The translations under genes and the position numbers were made by a program. DNA of 64,000 bases, taken from contig OX597822.1 in the NCBI GenBank assembly GCA_951406725.2, forward strand, positions 116,994,001 through 117,058,000, given 5' to 3'. Shown one piece after another: positions 13,731-64,000 of this stretch (position 1 is the first letter of the stretch; each line of letters begins with the position of its first letter). The notes under the pieces were generated by a model. The model saw only the letters and a program-made list of their open reading frames with translations. It was not told the origin of the DNA and made no database searches. The stretch comes from Octopus vulgaris (taxonomy: Eukaryota).

Positions 13731-16700
13731 ACTGCTCCTAATACCAACTTACTTTGCAGAATGTTCCGGGTGTTTTTCTTGAGCCACCAGGGCGAGAGAG
13801 ACCAAAGGATAGCACTGGAATGTTACTGGAAAGATCTATAAATCTTAAATAGGGAAAATACCCTCAGATGTGATGCTCAACTTCTGAATCAAATAAGATG
13901 ATGCAAATGATCAGTCCCTAAATAAATTAGCTATTTAACCCCCCGCCACCAGTAACCCTGAATAATCAGATGTATTCCATCTGTGATCATCCACTTTTTT
14001 TGTTTTTTTACAGCCCATATAATCCAATGTGTTCTTTTTTTTTTTTTTTTCAAAGATGGTAGAGGTGGTAGAGTGTAATTTGAATGAAATTTGGTTGCTC
14101 ATTCTAGCAGGTCAGGCTCTACACAGAGGCTCCATGTTGGATGTTGTGGAATCTCATGTAGCATAAAATGTTACAATATACTATAATTGGCTTATAATGT
14201 GGGAAGGAAAAATGAGACTTTGTTTTTGGCCCTCCTAATTATGGATACTTGGTTCTGAATATCCAACACAAATTGTATTTGACTGTAACTGTTTTATATT
14301 TTGGTTCGGTTCTTCTTTATCACAAGGACTACTAACCATTTTAGTTCAGACAAATACCATCCTTGGTTCTCTGGATCACACCAGGAATCTTGTGTTAATG
14401 ACCTCTAGCTAAATTAACTTAATTTTGTGTTTTCCCTTTAGCTTTGAAACAAAGGAAGAAACTGTTAATTCTTGCTTGATGTCTCAGAATGTATTGTTTA
14501 GAAATTAGTTCTAGTGTACTCGTCTCATTCTGACCAAATGTTGTGTCAATGAATTCAGCTTTTTTTGTTGTTTTTTTTCATTAAAAAATTTTTTGTCATG
14601 TGACAGTGAAAAAAACTTCAGTACTTCCTTTGTGAAGAATGGTAACATTGTTCACCACACGAAAGGTAGAGGGGTGCAGCAGTAGCATTTCTCCTCACAA
14701 CTGCTCTACTCTGAAGGAGTGTGAAGAATGAGAGAAATGAATCATAAATTAGGAGGGTAGGGACCGCCAAAGACATGAATTGGTTAATTTCCGTTTATTT
14801 AAATAAAGAAGACTACACGAATTGCCTCCAAGTGACTGTGGGCGTTTTAAATAGCTGAATAATATCTAGGCTGATAAGGGAGTGGAGTAAATCCTCTTTG
14901 TTAGTTTCACTTTATTAAGGGCTATTTCCTCACAAAGTTATGGGTTTGCCAAGAATTCCTATTATGAATAACTAGTCAAGGATTTTCCAGCCTATGCAAT
15001 GTAGTGCAAATGAGGGCTTGATCATCTAAGGACATCACATAGTCTTTAACTCTTTTGATAGCAATCTTCCTGTGACCACCACCTTTAGTTCTACAACACC
15101 TCTAAAATCAACTTACAAAACTTCAATCTTATTAGCCTAAAAACCATAAACCAAAAATGAAACTCCCACTTCAACTCATAATTTGAAAAAGTAATATAAT
15201 AATCAATAATATTAATACGCCAACTTGTTTTTGTACGTCCATACCTGTGGTGTGTGTCACACTAACTTCAAAGAAAGAAGAGAGTAGCAAAGTGGGAGAG
15301 AGGAGGACAAAGAGAAAGTGAGAGTGAGAGAAACAGTGAGTGGTGACGGTGTTTGTATTGTGTTTTTAAATGTTTACCAGATTGCAAGAAAAGTTGATAC
15401 ATAGATACATACACACATTGTCAAATCAAAAGCAGGAGAGAGGAGGGAGACAGAGGAAGAAAGAGAGAAAGTGAGAGAGACAGTAGATACATAGACACAG
15501 TGTTGAATCAAAGACAACTACAGCAAATATTAGATGTCACTTTCACTTTCCATTACCACATGAGGATAAAATTAACTCGCAAGTGACTGCGTTTCATTAA
15601 CATAGTTCTCAGGGAGATTCGGCCTCACACAGAATATGACAAGGCTGGCCCCCTTGAATTACAGCTACAACTCATTTTTGTCAGCTGAGTGGACTGCAGC
15701 AAGGTGGAGTACCTTGCTCAAGAACACAGTGCACCACAAGAATTGTACTCATGACTTTACGATCTTGGGCCAAATACCCCTAACCACTGATTGACGCACT
15801 TTCACTCTCTTAACTGTAGAGAAAAAGGAGTGAAGCGATAAAGACAGAGAAAGGAAAGCCTCAGCCATTTGAAATGGCAGTTAGACTGAAATACGATCTT
15901 TTCTAGCTTTTTTACGTTTAACAATGAAAAAGAGGGAAAGACATTTAGTAATGAATAGAGGGGTAAGTCTTTCAGGTGTTTACATTTTTATTCTGGGAGT
16001 TCTAGAACGATCAAATGTTAGTTCTCTCTTCTTTCCCCCACCCCTGGTACTTATTCGCTTTTTTTCATAGGTCTTCAGGTCTTTTCGTTGGCAGGGAAAG
16101 ACCATGTTTCTTTTTCAGGCATGTTTAACATTTTCTCTACAAATTACAAACAAGCCCTCCCGCCTCCCTTCTTTTTCTTTTTTCATACAAAAACTAATGC
16201 AAATTTCGAACGGGCTATAACTGTGAAAAGAGCCCAGAAAAATGGGTGATACCCACTACAAAATGGGTGGAGGAGAAAACTTGCTAACAGGTGGCTACAC
16301 GAAATTCAACTCCATACTTTAAAGAGCGCCTTCTGCCATAGCCTCAGACCAACCAAAGCCTCGTGAGTGAATTTGGTACACGGAAACTGAAAGAAGCCCA
16401 TCATATGTACGTAAGTGTGTGTGTGTGTTTGTCCCCCCACTATCAATGCTTGACAACTGATGTTGGTGTGTTTGCATCCCAATAACTTAGCTGTTTAGCA
16501 GAAGAGACTGATAGAATAAGCACTCGGCTTACAGGGAATAAGTCCAGGGGTTGATTTCTTCAACTAAAGGGTAGTGCTCCAGCATGGCCACCGTGAAATG
16601 ACTGAAAAAAGTAAAAGAATAAGAGAATACCAGGAGAATGCTTTCCGAACCACTAAACCAAGGAGGTTCTTTGGAATATCTACGATGTATTTTAAGTCTA

Positions 16701-19700
16701 AATAGTAATTCCGTTTACGTTTGCGTAACTGAGATATTTTGCTTGGATTATAGAGTTATCAGTTTTACACTTCTTTCTATAATCTGCAACTGTGACAACA
16801 TAGAAGAAGCATTTCTCATGGCACCAGCACACAATTTAAAGATTCTTACATTTTTTCATATTTTCCATGAATTTTTCGCAGGTCCAGCTAGTTCCTATTA
16901 ATACGCCTACAATTCATAAACTCTTAGTCTACGAATGTAGTCATTAACATGTCACCAAATAAATCTCACCAACAATAATAAATCTTTCTTTTTTGCTTTA
17001 AAGTAATCCAAATTAAAACCTTCCATCAAAACTTCATTTTAACCTTAGTTACAAACACTAGCTTAATACAAGTTACTTCACTAAAATTCTCCATCATCAT
17101 CATCATCGTTTAACGTCTGCTTTCCATGCTAGCATGGGTTGGACAGTTCAACCGGGGTCTGGGAAGCCAGGAGGTTGCACCAGGCTCCAGTCTGACCTGG
17201 CAGTGTTTCTACAGCTGGATGCCCTTCCTAACGCCAACCACTCCGTGAGTGTAGTGGGTGGTTTTTACGTGCCATCAGCACAGCGGCCAGGGGAGGCTGG
17301 CAAACGGCCACGATCGGTTGGTGCTTTTACGTGTCACCAACACGGACGCCAGTCAGGCGGCACTGGCATCTGCTACGTTCGGACGGTGCTTTTTATGTGT
17401 CACCAGTACGGATATCTTAACTACAATTTCCATTTGATTTTTATTTTGATGTTGGTGTTGACCTACTTGACTCAGTAGGTCTCCTCAAGAACAGTGGGTC
17501 ACTTTACAATCCAAGGTCAGCACAGCAGGCCGTCCTGCGAGCCATGAACTCACTTCATTTGTCGGGTCTTTGAATCCTCAAGAACAGCAGGTCACTCTAC
17601 GATCCAAGGTTAGCACAGCAGGCCGTCCTGTGAGCCATGAACTCACTTCATTTGTCGGGTCTTCACAGTCACAGCATATCTCTGAGCTCTTGCCATATAA
17701 AATGAAATAAAACTACTGTATTTCAACATAATTATAATAGCAAAATGGCTAATAGGGTTAACCTCTGCTGATCCAACAGGTCAGAGGACTAAAAGGAACT
17801 TAAGTAATTCAAGACCAGGAGCCAAATTCCTTTTACTTGTCAACTTAGTCGTTCTGCTTTCCCACATTTGCAGTTTTATAACCATTTGACCATCCAATTC
17901 TAGTTTAGAATTGTCATCATTGTCACCACCACCATCACCACCATCACCATAATCATCATCTTTGTTTTAAGGTCCACATTTTCATGCTTGCATGGGTTGG
18001 ATGGAGTTAATTGAGGCAGATTTTCTACAACCAGATGCCCTTCCTGTTGCCAATAGTTATCTGTTTCCAAGGCTAGGTAATATTTCCCCCATGGCCAAAT
18101 CATTTTCATAGAATAGTGGAAACGAATGACATTCAATTTACAACAATCACAAAGTATGAAGACAAGGAAACACACACACATCAGGCTTTTTGAGTTTCCA
18201 TTTACCAAATCCACCCACAAGGCTTTAGTTGGCCATGGGCTACAGAAGAAGACACTTGCTCAAGATACCATGCAGTGGGACTGAACCTGAAACCATGTGC
18301 TTGGGAGCAAACTGCTTAACCACACAACCACGTCTAAACCAATAATGTCTTTTTTTTTTCTTGAAAATTTAGACATCCATAAATTGTAGGAATAATGGCT
18401 AATTTCTATAAGAAAATGAAAGCAAGGATAGTTTTAAAAAAGTATTTATTCAATATCACAGTTTTAGCAAACTCTAAAGCTAAAATAATAAATAAATATG
18501 TTTCTTTTGAATTGCAGTTGTAGCGATAATTCCTCCTCTAATTAAATTTATTTATGGTTTCAAGTAAGCTACAAGACCTTTTCACGACTAATTAACACTT
18601 GCAGGAGAGGTGTCTGCTAACTACCGAAACAAACAAGCAATGACCGTCACATCATTGGTGTTGTTTAGATTAAGGTCAACCCAGGAGCTCCGTAATCAAA
18701 TCTGTTCCAACCAGGACCATTCCATCTTTTATTTAGACATAGTATATTCAAGATTACAATTTCTGATATGTCTTTTTGTTTTTACTTTTTTTTTTAAGGT
18801 AGGATGTGAGTTAAAGGGAATTGGCTGTTATTTCTAGCAGGTTAAATAACTATGTAACAACTCTTCTATTTGGTCAATCAGAGTTATCTACCCTGATTAG
18901 ATGCAATATATAACGGAAGTCTCCTAAACTAATGGATCTTATTGTTTTTAAAATTTTATCTAAATCATAATTACGAAGAAAGGCGGAGCCCATGACCCTC
19001 CACAGGGCTTCTGAGACTGGTAGGAAGGAAATCTAGTCTGAATATTTGCTATAGAGGCCCTCTGATAAAAGCACCCATATTGCCAGGTAGTGCTGTTAAA
19101 ATAGGTAATGAATCAAGTTTATATATTTTTGTAGAAAATATATAAATGAATAGTTAATGACTTCTTTGCATCACACACACACACACACACACACACGAAA
19201 TGATGAAGCTGCTTTTTTTTTGTCTTCTAAATGAAGCAGATGGCAGAAAGAACAGCAAACATACACACACACACACACACATTTATACATATACTATCAT
19301 CATTAAATGTCCGTTTTCCTATCCTGGCATGGGTTGGATGGTTTGACAGGAGCTAGCAAGTCAGAAGACAAGACTGCACTAAGCTCTGCTGTCTGCTTAG
19401 AAATCGTTTCTACAGTTGGACGCCTTCCCTCATGCTAACCACTTTACAGTGTGCACTGGGTGCTTTTTCTTTTCATGTGGCACCAGCAGTAGTGTAGTCT
19501 CTAAGCAAATTGCAAGGCAAGACACTCCTAATCTGAGAGCAAGAGGAGTGCTGAGGGAGGTGGCTTTGAAACCAGTGAAGAGAGGTTAGAATTTGAAGAG
19601 AGGACAGAAATAGTGACTTGCAGTACAGGAGATACAAGGCTATCTCAGAGAGAGAGAGAGAGAGAGAGTAAAGGGGTAAGAAAGTAGAGAGAGAGAGAGA

Positions 19701-19847
19701 GAGAGAAGATGGGGAAGAAATGACAGGTGGTGGATACAGGGAGATGTATATAAGTAATGTAGAGTCATGGATCAGCTCGGGTGGATGGGTAAGTTCAAGA
19801 GATTGCAAAAGGAGATTGCGAGATGGAGGGTAGACATGATACTTCGT

Positions 19848-20148
19848 CAGTGGTTTCAAAAGTGGGTGATACTGCCCTCCTGGGGGGGGGGGAAAGATCA
19901 GGAGTGAGGCGTTGAAGAAAAGTGGGGAGATAACAGGGTACCCCAAAATGGGGCAATGGATGTAATCTCCCCACCAAAAAAAATAATAATGGGTTAATTA
20001 GGTTATGTTTTATTTGTGAAATACAGTTGTTTTGAAACTGTTGCAGAAAGTGGTGTGTTTATGGTGGTAAGAGGGGGGAGGGCGGGGGCTAGGAATTTGG
20101 CCTGAGTGCCAAGCAGGGTGGGAACCTGAAAAAGTTTGGGAACCACTG
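19848..20148. mobile_element. hAT-type MITE
   Basis: TIRs CAGTGGTTTCAAAAGT / AGTTTGGGAACCACTG; the right end matches the hAT TIR at 22273-22291; no clear 8-bp TSD. Confidence 0.7.
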
Positions 20149-20685
20149 GTTTGTGTCAATCCCAGATTGAAGCGAAACATGGCAATCTTGGTACCTGACG
20201 ACCAACTGAAATTGAATTTGGAAAGCAGTATAGATGTAGTAAGTTGATGTAGTAAGTTGATGTAGTAAGTATAATATGCAAATATAAGTATCGAAATATT
20301 CATGTCACAAAGCAGAAGCCAGTCTAATTCAAGAGCAATTTGATAAAGAGTAATCTGATACGTTGCTGGGAAACAAAAGTTGTATAAAATGGTAATGAAA
20401 AGGAAAAAAAAAATGCTCACATCATCAACAAGAGTAAAAGATTCGATGAAGGTCAAAGGATGAGTTAGTGAAAAAAAAGATATCTTTTGATAACTGATTA
20501 TCACTGAAATATTTGAATGACAAAAGAGCAAAGTATAATTAAAATAAAAGTTAATTATCATCATTATTTAACAACTATTTTCCATGCCTGCAGAGGTCAG
20601 ACAGAATTTGTTGAGGCAGTACTTCTAAGTATTTTGCCTGGTGTGCTTACGATTCTGCCAGCTGGCCACCTTAGCATTTTATAGA

Positions 20686-20748
20686 ATTAATTAACCAGAC
20701 ATAAGTATTAATTAACCAGACATAAGTATTAATTAACAAGACATAAGT
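20686..20748. repeat. 3 x 21-bp tandem repeat ATTAATTAACCAGACATAAGT
   Basis: Seen directly, adjacent to the exon o donor. Confidence 0.9.
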
Positions 20749-20754
20749 ACTTAC

Positions 20755-63802
<43,048 letters not shown>

Positions 63803-64000
63803 CTAGAAAGAGAAGAATAAAAGAAAAAAAATAAACAAAATTAAACTACAATAAATCTTTGTTTATAAATATATGCACAGGCATGGCTCTGTGGTAAGAA
63901 GCTTGCTTTCCACCACATGGTTCTGGGTTCAGTCTTGAGCAAGTGTCTTCTACTATAGCCTTGAGCCGATCAAAGCCTTGCAAGTGGATTTGGTAGATGG

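Noticed and set aside
13584-13841. Recurring short ORF MRNWYLIYRPRKDERQS (also 44186, 60107)
   Set aside because: Reading frames through SINE family B copies.
18974-19101. Exon-like minus-strand segment with AG/GT ends
   Set aside because: The frame required after exon o hits a stop, and the open frame has no SMC6 similarity.
20010-20564. 184-aa minus-strand ORF
   Set aside because: Low-complexity AT-rich frame running into a hAT MITE; no recognisable domain.

Overview
Eukaryotic, AT-rich, repeat-dense genomic DNA. The SINE, RTE and MITE repertoire suggests Octopus (coleoid cephalopod); this is inferred from recognised repeat families, not a database match. Positions 20755-63802 carry 15 consecutive minus-strand coding exons (1971 nt, 657 codons, all GT-AG, all phases compatible) of SMC6, covering coiled coil, hinge and coiled coil, with a 27-nt micro-exon. 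The 5' exons lie beyond the right edge. I could not find the C-terminal ATPase-head exons in the remaining 20.7 kb. Introns and flanks are filled with RTE LINEs (PHD-like finger inside ORF2), CR1-like fragments, tRNA-derived SINEs, piggyBac/hAT/mariner MITEs, a DD41D fold-back element and Helitron remnants. The most notable unannotated signal is a set of minimal type I hammerhead ribozyme motifs inside SMC6 introns, each with a different palindromic stem III: 36951-37009 (minus strand, sense to SMC6, intact core), 30706-30796 (+), 32793-32844 (+) and a decayed copy near 48775-48816 (-). There are also four long fold-back hairpins with arms of 70-300 bp.
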